From Felis catus (lineage: Eukaryota), in the NCBI RefSeq assembly GCF_018350175.1, contig NC_058368.1:85562001-85626000 (forward strand): 64,000 bases of DNA, given 5' to 3'. The position numbers and the translations under genes were made by a program. How positions within the stretch are numbered: position 1 is the first letter of the stretch; each line of letters begins with the position of its first letter. Positions 25,266 through 39,364 of the stretch are shown here, piece by piece. The notes under the pieces are model-generated. The model saw only the letters and a program-made list of their open reading frames with translations. It did not search any database and had not been told where the DNA came from.

Positions 25266-28200
25266 AGAGAGGAAGAGGCAGAGTAGTAGGAGGTCCCTAG
25301 GCTTCCATCATCCCTCGAACACAACAAGATAAATATGAAATTATTCTGAATGACCAATAAATAGATCTGAGGACTGACAGAACTAGAGGAAGAGAGGAGG
25401 AAAGTAGGAGGTACACAGACAAGGCTTTGGGGAGAAACGGATTGCAGGTGCTGCAAAGGTGAAGGGACTGTGGTCACAGATATAGGAGGGAGGGAGGAAG
25501 AGAGAGAGAGAGAGAGACAAGTTCACAGGGCATCACACAACAAAATAATTATTCCCTGGAGCCATTGACTGAGGAAATGAGAGGGACTTATTTTTGTAAA
25601 TTTTTATAAGCAGCTGTGGCTGATGTGGAACCCCGAGGGCACTGCAGTGCTCCTGTGGAGTTAGACCAGGGGCAGACTATGCAATCTGAGGATGCCCTGG
25701 GATAAACTGGTAGAGATGGTTCCCCCTTCTTGGAGAGCAACTGGAGAGGTGGCATTGCTTCTTTGGGGACAAAAGAGCAAGCTGGTGCCATTTCCTTCCC
25801 CTGCCCTTAGTGTAGGTCCTGAGTCATCTGTCCAGGGTGGAAAACTCGACACTGGCTCTTTGCTGCACTTTAATCCAACTCCACACTTCTGAGATTTGGT
25901 GCAACTGCCCTTCTGGGACAAAACTGCATCATTCCCAGCATGGAGAGACCCTCCCTCAGAGAACAAGGGTGGGTCGCTCCCATGCCACGTCCTAATCTTT
26001 GGAGTTTTAAAACTCAACTGACCTGCCTGGTATAGACCCCAACGTGCACTGTGCTGCCTGTTTGGCAGATGGCTTAGACACAGAGAGGGTGAAGGCAGGT
26101 ATCCAAGGGACACCTGGGGCACATGAGAGGAGTGTTAATTCCTCTGGAAGGATTTCCCAGACAGTAGAAGGTGCAAACTCCCTTATCTATGCACTAGAGG
26201 GCTGGCTGGCTCCGTTTGTCTCTCCCATTCCTTAGGATAAATTAACTTTGATAAGCAGCACAGCACCAACAGTGACTGCCTAAACCCTGTGCATTAAGCC
26301 CTACACACATGTGCCATGTTAGTGCTGCTTTTCTCCAGTAAGTGTGCCTGAAAACCAGAGCAGTGAGCACCATCTCCAGAAGACTAACACAAACCCCCAT
26401 GCATGCACCACCTCTACTTACCATAGAGTCCTGAAAAACATCAGCTCTAGTGGAAATAGCATCAGATCTCTTTTAACAAGCAGACCAGAGCACACATATT
26501 TAAAACTCACCACACTCTGACCAGTTTCAAAACATTCCATATTGGATGAGGGAAAAAGCAACCAAAACACAGCCTTAGACTGCACACAGGATACATGAGA
26601 AACAGTTCCTAAAGTGCCAGGGCTTGGGTATTATGTGACTTATTCTTGATAAAACCATTACTCTTTAGCAGGAAACATAACAGGTTTTCCTAACACAAAG
26701 AAGAATAGAGGGCTAGATAAAAATGCCACGGTGGAGAAATTCTTCCCCAAATAAAGAACAACAAAAGTCACAGCCAGGGATCTAATCATAACTGATCTAA
26801 GTCCTATGCCTGATCCAGAATTTAACTCAATAGTAACTCAATAATCATAAGGATACTAGCTGGGTTTCAGAATAGCATTGAAGACGCCAAAGAGTCCATG
26901 ACCACAGAGATAAAAGACTTAAAAAGTAGTCAGGCTGAACTAAGAAAACCCACAACAACCGAGATTTAAAATTTACTGGATGTAGTGACCACAAGGATAG
27001 AAGTAGAGGAACAAATAAGTGATGGAGAAGACAAAATTATGGGAAATAATGAAACTGAAAAGAAAAGGGAAATTAAAAGGTTACAAAAGTAGTCTTACAG
27101 AAATCTGTGATTCCATGAAGTGTGTTAACACTTGTATCATAGGTGTCCCAGAAGAAGAGAGGGAAAGGGGACAGAATGTTGGTGTGAGAAAATTGTAGCT
27201 GAAAACTTCTATAATCTGGGGACAGAAGACATTCAAATCCAGGATACACAGAGAACTCCCATCAAAATGAGTAAAAGCAGGCCAATACCCAGACATACCA
27301 CAGTTAAATTTGCAAAGTACAGGGATAATGAAAAATCCTAAAAGATGCAAGACAATAGAAATCCCTAACTTACGAGGGAAGACACATAAGTTAGAAGCAG
27401 ATGTCTCCAAAGAAACATTGCAAGCAAGAGTGGCATGAAGCACCCAATGTGCTTCATGAAAAAACTCTGAAGCCAAAAATACTCTACCCAGTAAGGCCAT
27501 TGTTCAAAATAGAAGGAGAGAAAGAGTTTCCTAGACAAACAAATACTAAAGGGGATGTTAATCACTATAGCAGCCCTGCAAGAAATATTAAAAAAAACAC
27601 TTTGGGAATGAAAGACCAAAAGTTAAAAAGACTGGAAAGGAACAGAAAACTTTTCCAGCAACATTGATTTAACAAGTAATATATGTCACTAAATATCTAT
27701 CAATAATTGTTATGAATGAAAATGGATTATTTTCTGCAATCAAAAGACATAGAGTGTAAGAATGGATTAAAAAAATCTATATACTGCCTACAAGAGACTC
27801 ATTTTGGATTAAAGACACCTGCAGATCAAAAGTGAGAAGATGGAGAACCATTCATCATGCTAATCAGCATCAAAAGAAAGACAAGTAGCCATATTTATAT
27901 TAGACACAGTAGACTTTAAACCCAAGACAGTAATAAGAGATGAAGGGCACTATATCACAATAAAGGGGTCTATCCAACAAGATATAACAACTGTAAATAT
28001 CGATGCACCCAAAATTGAATCATTTGAATGTCAAAATCAATTAATAACAAACATAAAGAAACTCAATAATACTAATACAATATTATAGGGACTTTAGCAC
28101 CCCTTTTACAGCAATGGAGAAACCATCTAGGTGGAAAATCAACAAGGAAACAAAGGTTTTGAGTGACATACTGGACCACATGGACTTAAAAGATACATTT

Positions 28201-28627
28201 AGGACATTTAATCATAAAGAAGGAAAAAATATTCTTTTTTTGAGTGTACATGGGACATTCTCCAGAATGTATCACATACTAGGTCACAAATCAGACCTCA
28301 ACAAGTACAAAAATATTAATATCAGACCATGCATATTTTCCAGCCACAATATTATGACACTTGAAATCAACCAAGAGAAAAAAAAAATTGGAAGATCACA
28401 AATACATGGAAGGTAAATAACACCTTACTAAGGAATTACTAGGTGCCTAGGAAATTAAGAAATAAAAATACACGCAAAAAAATAAAACTAGAAACATGAT
28501 AGTCTAAAACTTTTTGGATGTATCAAAAGCGAACATAGGAAGAAAGTACATATCGATACAGACCTACCTCCAGAAGCAAGGAAAATCTCAAATTTGCAAC
28601 CTAACCTTACAGCTTCAGGACTTAGAA

Positions 28628-28668
<41 letters not shown>

Positions 28669-29095
28669 GTAGAATAGATCAATGAAAGCAGGAGCTGGTT
28701 CTTTGAAAAAAATAATAAAATTGATAGCTCCCTAGCTGTAATTATCAAAAAGAAAAGAGAAATGACTCAAAGTAGTTAAAATCATGAATGAGAGAGATCA
28801 CAACCAACACCACAGAAAAACAAGTATAAGAGAAAATTATGAAACATTGAGCGTCGATAAAATTGGCTAACTGGAAGAAATGAATAAATTCCTAGAAATA
28901 TATAACCTACCAAAACTGAAACAGGAAGTCATGGAAAACTTGAAAAGACCCATAACCAGGAAAGAAATTAAATCAGCAATCAATAACCTCCTAATAAACC
29001 TCCTAATAAATTTCAGGGCCAGACAGATTCCCAGGGGAATTCAACCAAACATATAAAGAGTAGTATCTATTCTTCTCAATAAAACTGTCTCCAAA

Positions 29096-29126
<31 letters not shown>

Positions 29127-31930
29127 CATACATACATACATACATATATAAATACATAAATACATAAGTATAAAAAAAGTAAAGAAAAATAAATCAAAGG
29201 AAAACATCAAAACTCATTTTATGTGCAGTATTATGTTGATTCCAAAGTCAGGCAAAGACCCCACTAAAAGAGACAATTACTAGGGCACCTGGGTTGCTCA
29301 ATCGGTTAAGTGTCTGACTTTGGCTTAGGTCAGGATCTCACAGTTTGTGAGTTCAAGCCCCACATTGGGCTTTGTGCTCACAGCTCAGAGCCTGGACCCT
29401 GCTTTGGATTCTGTGTCTCCTTCTCTTTCTGCCCCTCCTCCACTCATGCTCTGTCTCTCTCTCAAAAATAAATAAGTATTAAAAATATTAAAAGAATTGT
29501 TGGCTAATATCACTAATGAACATAGATGTAAAAAAATCTCCATAAAATACTAGCAAATCATATTGAACAGAGAACATTAAAAACATCATTCACACAAGTG
29601 GGATATAATTCTTCGTTCCAAGAGGGGTTCAATATTTACAAATCAATCAATGTGGTACACAACATTAATTAAAAAAAAACGATAAGAACCATATGATCCT
29701 CTAAACAGGTGCAGAAACAGCATTTGACAAAGTACATAATACGTTCTTGATAAAACAAACAAGCAAACAAAAAAACCCTCAACAAGTAGGAATAGACAAA
29801 ACATACCTTAACATCACAAAGAGCATACATGAAAAACACACAACTAATATCATCCTTAATAGGGAAAAAATGAGAGTTTTTCTTCTATGGTTAGGAATAA
29901 GACAGGAGTGTCTACTGTCACCAGTTATTTAATATAGTACTGGAAGTCCTAGCTTCAGCATTCAGACAACAAAAAGAAATAAAATCCATGCATATTTGCA
30001 AGGAAGAAGTCAAACTATCACTATTTGCACACAACATGACACTCGGTGCAGAAAATCTCAATGAGCTCACCAAAAGAATGGCTAAAACTTATACATGAAT
30101 TCAGCAAAATTCCAGGATGCAAAATAAATGTACAGAAATCGGATCCGTTTCTATACACCAATAATGAAGCAGCAGAAATAGGAACCAAGGAATCAATACC
30201 ATTGTCAATTGCACCAAAAACAAAAACAAAAACAAAACATAAGAAATCTAAGAATAAACCTAACATAGCAGGTAAGGGATCTGTATACCTAAAACTATAA
30301 AACACTAATGAAAGATATTAAAGATGACACCAAGAAATGGAAAATAATACCATGTTCATGGATTGGAAGAAAAATATTGTTAAATGTCTATACTACCCAA
30401 AGCAATTGCCACATGTAGTGAAATCCTGATCATATTGCAACCAGCATTTTTCACAGATCTAGAAGAAATAATCCTAAAGTTTGCATGGGACTACAAAAGA
30501 CCCCAAATAGCCAAAGAAATCTTGAAAAAGTAAACAAACCAGGAGACAGCACAATTCCAGACCTCAAGTTATATTACAAAGCTGTAGGGATCAAGACAGT
30601 ATGGTAATGGCAGAAAAACAGATACATATATCATTGGAAGAGAAGAGACAACATATAAATGGACCCACACCTATATAGTCAACTAATTTTCAACAAAGTA
30701 GAAAAGAATATCCGATGGAAAATAAGACAGTCTCTTCAACAAATGGTGTTGGAAAAACTGGGCAGTAACATGTAAAAGAATGAAATTGGACAACTTTCTT
30801 ATACCATACACAAAAATAATTAAAAATGTATGAAAGAACTAAATGTGACATAGGGAACCATCATAATCCTGTAGAACATTGTCAGTAACCTCTTTGACAT
30901 TATCCATAGCAACTTCTTACTAGATACATCTCTGAAGGCTTCAGAAACAAAAGAAAAAAAAAGACCTATTGGGACTTCATCAAAATACAAAGCTTCTTCA
31001 GAGCAAAGGAAACCTTCAACAAAACTAAAAAACAACCTATGGAATGGGGGGAAAATATTAACAAATGACATATCTGATAAAGGGTTAGTGTCCCAAATCT
31101 ATTAAAAAAACTTATCAAACTCAACATCCCAAAACCAAATAACCCAGTTAAAAAAAATGGGCAGAAGACATGAATATACATTTTTTTTCCAAAGAAGGTA
31201 TAATAATAGCCAATAGACACATGAAAAGATCCTCAATGCCACTTATCATAAGGAAATTTCAAATAAAAAATGCAATGAGTTATTATGGCATACCTGTCAG
31301 AATGGCTAAAATTAATAACACTGGACACAACAGATGTAGGTGAGGATGAGGAGAAAGGGGTACCCTCTCGCACTGTTGGTGAGAATAAAAACTGATGCAG
31401 CCACTCTGAAGTCTCTCAAAAGGTTAAATATGGAATTACCCTAAGACCCAGCAATTTCTCTTCTAGGTATTTACTTAAAGGATACAAACATATTCATTTG
31501 AAAGGTACATGCATACTGAAGTGTGTAGCAACATTATCAACAATAGCCAAATTATGGAGAATGGCCAAATTCCCATCCAGTAATGAATGGATAAAGAAGT
31601 TGTAGTATATATGCAATGGAATATTACTAATCCATAAAAGAGATTAAAATCTTCCTATTTACAATGACGTGGATGGAGCTAGAGAATATTATGCAGCAAA
31701 ATAATTGTCAGAGAATGACAAATACCATATGATTTTACTCAAATATATGGATTAAGAAAATAAACAGATGAACACGGGGGAAGAAAAGAGAGAGGAAAAT
31801 CATAAAACAAACTCTTAACTATAGATGACACAATTAATATTACTGGAGTGAGGGGGTTGGGAGGATAGGTTAAATGGGTGATGAGTATTAAGGAGGGCAC
31901 TTGCTGTGGTAAACACTGGATATTGTATAC
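25266..31930 (+). mobile_element. Near full-length degenerate carnivore L1 without its tail
   Basis: 5'UTR, ORF1 from ~26723, ORF2 remnants (EN, RT, C-domain), 3'UTR to ...CACTGGATATTGTAT; (CAA)n at 28628 and (CATA)n at 29097. Confidence 0.92.
29282..29490 (+). mobile_element. Can-SINE inside L1 ORF2
   Basis: SINEC head, body and tail. Confidence 0.93.
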
Positions 31931-32216
31931 ACATAGCACTATTTATTTATTTATCTCCCAATATAAATAGGTTGCATCCATATTTGGACTATAATAAATA
32001 GTGCTGAAGCAAACATAGGGGTACAGATATCTTTTTAGGATAGTGAGTTTCTTTATTCTAGATATATGCCAAGGAGCAGAGTTACTGGTTAAGATAGTAT
32101 TAATGTTTTTAATTTCCGAGGAGACTCCATATGGTTTTCCATTATGACTATACCAATATACATCCTGGTAAACAGAGAGTGAGGGTTCTCTGTCCCCCAC
32201 ATCCTCACTAGGAATG

Positions 32217-32269
<53 letters not shown>

Positions 32270-32417
32270 AGCCATCTAACAGGCATGAGGAGATACCAGC
32301 TGGCGTTTGATTTGCATTTCCCTAGTTATTAGTCACATGGAGAAACTTTTAAAGTAACTGCTGGCCATTTAAGTACATTCTTTGGGAAAATGTTTGTTCA
32401 TATAATTATCCCATTTT

Positions 32418-32632
32418 CTTTCTTTTTTTTCATGTTTTTAACATTTATTCATTTTTGAGAGACAGAGTGTGAGTGGGGAGGGGCAGAGAGAGAGGGAGAC
32501 ACAGAATCCAAAGCAGGCTCCAGGCTCTGAGCTGTCAACACAAAGCCTGACACTGGACTTGAACCCAGGAACCATGAGATCATGACCTGAGAGGAAGTTG
32601 GATGCTTAACTGACTGAGCCACCAAGGCGCCT
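32418..32632 (-). mobile_element. Can-SINE
   Basis: Reverse-complement SINEC; TSD approximately ATAATTA..CCATTTTCT. Confidence 0.93.
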
Positions 32633-33967
32633 CATAATTAGTCCATTTTCTGTGGATTTTTTTCCTATTGAGTTATATGAGTTCTTTATATATTTTAAAT
32701 ATTAACCCATTTTCAGGATTATGGCTTGCAAATATCTCCCTCCCCATTATGCTGGTTACCTTTGCATTTTGTTTATTGTTATTATTGCTGTGAAAAAGAT
32801 TTAATTTTGGTATAAATTGACTTATAATTTTTCTTAATGTAGTTTCTTTTGCTTTAGGTATCATATCCAAAAGATAACATATATAGGTTTTCCATATATA
32901 TTCTTCTAGGAGTTTGTGGCATTATGTGCTATATTTAAGTGTTTGATACATTTTTAGTTATTCTTTGATTGCTATTAAATAGAACTCTAATTTCATTGTT
33001 CCTCATAAGTTTATCCTGTTTTCCCAGCATCATTTGTTGAAGAGACTATACTTTCTTAATTGGACATCTTTGGCCCCCTTGTCAAATATTGGTTGACCAT
33101 ATATGCATGGATTCAATTTTGATCATTTCTCTCTCTTCTCTCTCTCTCTCTCTCTCTCTGCTAGTACTATACTGTTTTGATTACTATAGCTTTACAATGT
33201 ATCTGAAAGTCAGAAGGTGATATTTCTAGCTTTGTTCTTTTTCTGGAATGTTTGGGATATTTGTGGTCTTTGGTGTTCTATTAAAATGTTAGGACTGTTT
33301 TTTCTACTTCCTGTAATAAATGCCATTGGAATATGTATAAAGACTGCATTGAACCTATACACATCTTAGGAAAATATGGCCATTTGAACAGTTTTAATTA
33401 TTCAAATTCATGAACATGGGATACTTCTCATTTATTTGAGTCTTTTTTAATCTTTCTAAATCAACGTCTTATAGTTTTTAGTATAAATGTCTTACACAGG
33501 CTTGATTAAATTTAATTATTTTATTGTTTTTGATGCTATTGCAAATGGAATCATTTATTTCTTTTTCACATAGTTTATTATTAGCGTATAAAATTTATTG
33601 ATAAATTATGTTGATTTTGTATAATGTGAATTTACTGAATTTGTTGATTAAATCTATCAGTTCTTAGGTAGAATCTTTTGGATTTTCTATATAGAGAGAA
33701 ACATGTCATCTGCAAATACAATTTTACTCATTCCTTTCAAATCTGATGTCTTTTATTTCTTTTTCTTACCTTATTGCTCTGAGATTTCCAGTGCTATGTT
33801 GAATAGAAGTGGCAAGAATGGACACCTTTGTCTTTTTCTGAATCTTAGAAGAAAAGCTTTTAACCTTTTATTATTGAGTATGATGTTAACTCTTTGCCTG
33901 TCATATGAGCTTTATAATGTTGAGAATAATTTCTTCTATACCTAAATATTTAAAGTTCTTATGATAG

Positions 33968-34176
33968 GGATGCCTGAGTGTCTCAGTTGGTTAAGTAAGT
34001 GTAAGACTTTGGCTCAGGTCATGATCTAACAGTTGGTGGGTTAAGGCCCCACATTGGGCTCTGTGCTGACAGCTCAGAGCCTGGAGCCTGCCTCAGATTC
34101 TGTGTCTTCCTCTCTCTGCCCCTACCCCACTCACACCCTGTCTCTGAAAAATAAATTACAAAATGTAAAAAAAAAA
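33968..34176 (+). mobile_element. Can-SINE
   Basis: SINEC body; TSD AAAGTTCTTA(T/C)GA. Confidence 0.93.
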
Positions 34177-35002
34177 AAGTTCTTACGAAAAAGTATTTTG
34201 AACTTTGTCACTCTTCCTGCATCTTAAAATTATAGGATTTTTGTTTTCTTTTATTAACATGCTGTATCACATTTATTCATTTGCATATGTTGAAGCAACT
34301 TTATATCCCAGGGATGAGTCCCACTTTTTTATTGTGGGACAGTTATTTAATATGTTGCTAATCTAATACTTTATTTGGGATGATTGTATCTATATTCTTC
34401 AGGAATATTGGTCTGTAGACTCCTTTCCTTATAGTTTCCTTATTGGCTTTAGTATCAGGGTAATGCTGACTTGCAAATTGAGTTTTAGTGTTTTCCTCTT
34501 TATTTGATTTGTGTGTGTGCATGTGTGTATAAGAGTTTGAAATGTATATGCATTAATTCTTCTTTAAATGCTTGGTTAAAGATACCAGTGAATCTATCTG
34601 ATCCTAAGATTTTCTTTGTTGAGATGTTTTTGAAGATTGATTCAATCTCCTTTCTTCTCATCAGTCTGTTTGGATTTTCAATTTTTTTGTCACTCAGTTT
34701 TAAGGTTGTATATTTCTAGTAATTTATCAGTTTCTTCTGGTGTCTCTAGTTCTTCATCACATACTATTTTATAGTGATCTATTATTATCTTGTATATTTC
34801 AGGGGTGTCACTATGTCTCCGCTGGAACTTCTAATTTTCTAATTACACTTAAGTAAGTGTAATTATTAACTAAACTCCATTATTTCTTTATTTCTGCAAA
34901 CTTTGAACTTAGTTTATTGTTTTATTTCCTAGTTCCTCATTTGCACAACTATATTAGTTGTTTGATATATGTGTGTTTTCCTAATGTATGCATTTATAAC
35001 TA

Positions 35003-36453
35003 CATTTGATCCTTGGACTACATGGGTTTGGATGTGATGGTTCATGTTGAATGGTTTCATATTTTGAATGCATTGAATGTTCTTCAATAAATACAACACA
35101 GTACATGTATTTTTTATTTCTTAATTGTGTCTCCTGTTTTGAATTATATTTAACAGTGTTATACTAGTTTCAAGTGTTCATTATAATGATTCTACAATTC
35201 AATACATTGTTCAGAACTCATCAAGATAAATGTACTCTTAACTCCCTTATCTATTTCACCTATTTCCTGACCCATTTTCTGTCTGAAAACCACTGGATAT
35301 TTCTCTGTATTTAAGAGTCTGTTTTGTGGTTTGTTTATTTTTATATCTCCTTGTTTGTTTGTTTGATTTCTTAAATTCCACTATAAATGAAATAGTATGG
35401 TTTTTGTCTTTCTGTTAATGATTTATTTCAGTTAGACGGTTTAGGTCTTTACTTATTGTTGTAAATATCAAGATCTCATTTTCAATGGTTGAGTAATATT
35501 CACATATATATATATTCATATATATATTCATATATATATATATTTCTTTTTCCATTTATCTATCAATGAACACTTTGTTTGCTTCTATATGTTGGCTGTT
35601 ATAAGTAATGCTACAATAAACATAGGTGTGTGCATCTTTTGAATTAGTGGCTTTGTTTTGTTTTTTTGATAAATACCCAATAGTAGAATTAGTGCACTGT
35701 ATGGTAATTCTATTTTAATTTTTTGAGAAACCTCCATAATGTTTCCTACAGCAGCTGAACCAATATTCATTCCCACCAAAAGACACAAAATTCCTTTTTC
35801 TCCACATCCTAACCAACATTTATGTTCTTGTAATTGATAAACATGGAATATCTTTCCATTTGTGTGTGCCATCTTTGATTTATTTTTATTTCTGATTTCA
35901 TTTTTTAAATTTCTGATATATTTTATTTTAGTCATTCTGATGTGTGAGGTGATATCTCATAGTTGTTTTGTGTTTTATTTCCCTGATAATTAGTGATATT
36001 GGCTCTCTGTATGTTTTCTAGGGAAAGACATTGATTTAAATCCTTTGCTCATTTTTAATTAATTTATGTGTATTTTGGGGTGTTGAATTATGTAGGTTTT
36101 TAATATATTTTGGATGCTAACCCCTTATTGGATGTATGATTTGCAAACTTCTCCCATTCATTAGATTTTTTTTTAATTTATTTTATTTTTTTAAGGTTCC
36201 TTTGCTTGCAAAAGGATTTAATTTTGGTGTAGTCCCAGTAACTTATTTGTTTTAGTTTCCCTTGCTTGAGGAGATATATCTAGAAAAACGTTTCCATTAG
36301 CAATGTCAAAGAAATTCTTATGGTTTTCCTGGACTTTTATGATTTCAGATCTTATATTTGGGTAAAGATCTAAATTTCTTTTGAGTTGTGTGTGTGTGGG
36401 TGTAGCAGGTTGGGTGTGTGGTATAAGAAGGTGGTCCAGTTTCTTTTTCTTTC

Positions 36454-36493
<40 letters not shown>

Positions 36494-37235
36494 TTTTCAT
36501 GTAGCTGTTCAGTTTCCCCAGAAACATTATTGAGGAGATAATAGCAAAATAATTAATTGTCCTTGTCATAGATTAATTGACCATATAAGTGAGCATTTAT
36601 TTCTGAGATTTTTATTCTTTTCCACTGATGTGTGTGTGTGTGTGCCAGTATCCTGCTCTTTTGATTACTATATTTTTGTAATATATTTTGAAATCTGATA
36701 TTGTGATATCTCCAACTTTGTTTTTTCTCAAGATTGCTTTTGCTGTTTGAGTTTTTGTGTCTGTGGTTTCATACAAATTTTACCATTATTTGTTTTAGTT
36801 CAGTAATAAATGGTTTTCATTAGGGATTGTATTAAATCTATAGATTTCTATGGGTAATATGAACATTTTAACAAATTTGTTCTTTGAATTGATAAGCATG
36901 GAATATTTTTCCATTTCTTTGTGCCATTATTAATTTCTTTTATCATTTATAATTTTCTTAAGATGTTTCTATTTTACTTTATGGTAAGAATTATACATAC
37001 ATATATCTATATTCCTATATACATTCATATAACATATATATTTACATATACATATATATAGACACATACAAACATATAACATACAAAATAAAGGCAAATC
37101 AACTCTTTCTTATTGTGATGTCTTCCAATCACAGGAGGCTATCAGTTAAGTTTTGGGAAATCAAAGTTAATGTGGATTTTTTGATGAGGCTGGGGAGAAT
37201 GCCACTAATCACCATCTTATTCAGGGGCCAATAAT
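35003..37235 (+). mobile_element. Tigger2a-like Tc1/mariner element split by an L1 (35003-~35135 and ~36960-37235)
   Basis: TA|CATTTGATCCTTGGACTACATGGGTTTG resembles the left TIR; AGTTAAGTTTTGGG...TTCAGGGGCCAA resembles the right end; recalled consensus. Confidence 0.7.
35140..36958 (-). mobile_element. 5'-truncated carnivore L1 inside the Tigger element
   Basis: 3'UTR and ORF2 3' region; (TA)n and (TTTC)n expansions. Confidence 0.85.
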
Positions 37236-37559
37236 AGCAAATTGCATCTTAGAAGCGATCTTTTTAAATCTTATAAGTTTTGGCATGTTTTGTTAACATT
37301 TTAGCTTGTGTCAGTTACTTTTTTATTTCCTTTCTAAATTTCATTTTCATCTCATTGCTTCTTCAGGGTTTATTTTATTTATTTTGTTACAATTTAGTCA
37401 TGATATTTCTAATTTTTGTAGTTATTTACTTCTAGTTTTATGCTATTTTGTTTACAGAAGATAGTTGGTAATATTATTATTTTAAAATTTACTAAGAACG
37501 TCTTTGTGCATACTATCTGATATACACTAGGAAATATTCATTTGTACTTGAAAAAAATG

Positions 37560-39364
37560 GGAGGTGGCACTAACATGGAAGAGAAGTAAGGGAATCTGAA
37601 CTTCCCACATCTCAAAGAAGTGTTGAAGCCAAAGGACTTTGAACCCTAAGAATCTGGGAAGAAAAGAGAATGAGTCACTACCAGGAATACACAGGGACAA
37701 CCAGAGGAGTCATAGGTGCATGGTTGCAAACTGGGAGAGATTAAAAGAATAGATGGGAGGGATCCCTTTCTGTGGAGAGACAAAGGAAAGAGGGGCTGGG
37801 GGAGCATAAGACTGTATCTGTACAAGAGAAAAACCCTGGACTAGCACACAGAAAGATTGAATCTCTAACTACAGGGCTTTCTCCTAACTGGGCCAGCTGC
37901 CCTGTTCATGCACCTGGGGAGGAGGAGAGCGAGCCCCAGGCTCTGTGGATAGGTCAGGGGCACAGTCTGCAGGAGAAAGCAATACCCTCCCTGGAGTGCT
38001 GCAGGACAGGACAAAGCCTGTTCAAGGACAACATATTGGGTGGCACGGAGTTGGGCTTCCCCAGTACCTGGGACACTCCAGGCAGGAGTTTGAATCCCAG
38101 CCAAGCACCAGGGCATAGGAGTTATCAGGAAGAGACAGACTGCATCATCTGCACCTGTGGCACAGTGAGGACGGATCCAACACAGTGATTTGGGATATTG
38201 GGTCTGGTCCCTGGAAGAGAGACTGGGGAGTTGCCATTTTTGTCCCCACCACAACCAAGGCGAGGACTCAGAGATCTGACTGTGGGGCCCACAGTGGAGG
38301 CAGGAACCTCTACAATAAACCACACTACTCCTTGCCTGATAACTGTATCTACTGGAGCAGGATACATACTGAGGAGCCAAATGGCCCCCTCCTCCAGACC
38401 AGTGCTGCTCCATTATCTGGATTAATTCTTGGACAATTCTTGTTATATAGATATATTCCTCCTTCTTTTCCTCCTTCTTATCTCTTTCCTTCTGTAGTCT
38501 TGTTACTCTGGTTGTTGGTTTGTTCAAGCAGACATATTTAATCTATTCTTTTCATACATCTTCCACATCTCCTTCTTTCCTCTCTCTCTCTATGGAATAA
38601 TTAAGCTGTATATTTTCTCTCTCTAGGCAACTTTATCTTCTTTCCTTTTTTTCCACCTCCTTCTTTATTTCCCTTTCTGTCTCTCTAGATTAAGCTGTTT
38701 AGTCTTTCTGCCTGGTCAATGTTTATTTTTTTCCCCGACCCTTGTCATTTCTCTCTTTGTATGTGCTCTTCCATCAGTACTGTCTCTGCTCTGTTCTTTA
38801 CTTGTAGCTGGTGTTTCTGCTTTTTTTTTCCTTTGGTTTGTTTTTTTTCTTTTTTTGTTTGTGTGTCTCGTGTTTTGTTTTCTGTTTGCCTGTTAGTTTT
38901 CCTTTCCAGGGTTACTTCAAGGAACAAATCAAAGTACACCTGCTTGAGCGTCCAAAACATCACTACAAGTAGGGAAATAAAATAACCAAAATTACAACAG
39001 AGAACAAGTCACACTCTCCAAAAAATGCCTCCTGAAGGGCAAGGCCCTGGACAGTGTATGACCCCCATTTAATATAGCAGTGCTCACAGGTGCAGAACAC
39101 ATAAAAGGCTTTTAAAACACAAAGGGGACAGAAAACTAACCATAATGATGAAACAGTAGAATCTCCTCAAAAGAAATTCCAGGAAGAAGTGACATCTAAA
39201 GAATTGATCAGAACCAATATAAACAATAAAACTGAACAAGAATTTAGAATAATAGTTATAAGATTAATCGCTGGGCTTGAATAAAGCATAGAAGAAAGCA
39301 GAGAATCTATTGCTGCAGAGATCAAGGAACTAAAAAATACGATGAATTAAAAATGATATAAATG
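37560..39364 (+). mobile_element. L1 5'UTR plus first ~220 nt of ORF1 (upstream unit)
   Basis: AACATGG start motif, T-rich tract, ORF1 ATG 39145; homologous to 39365-41290. Confidence 0.88.
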
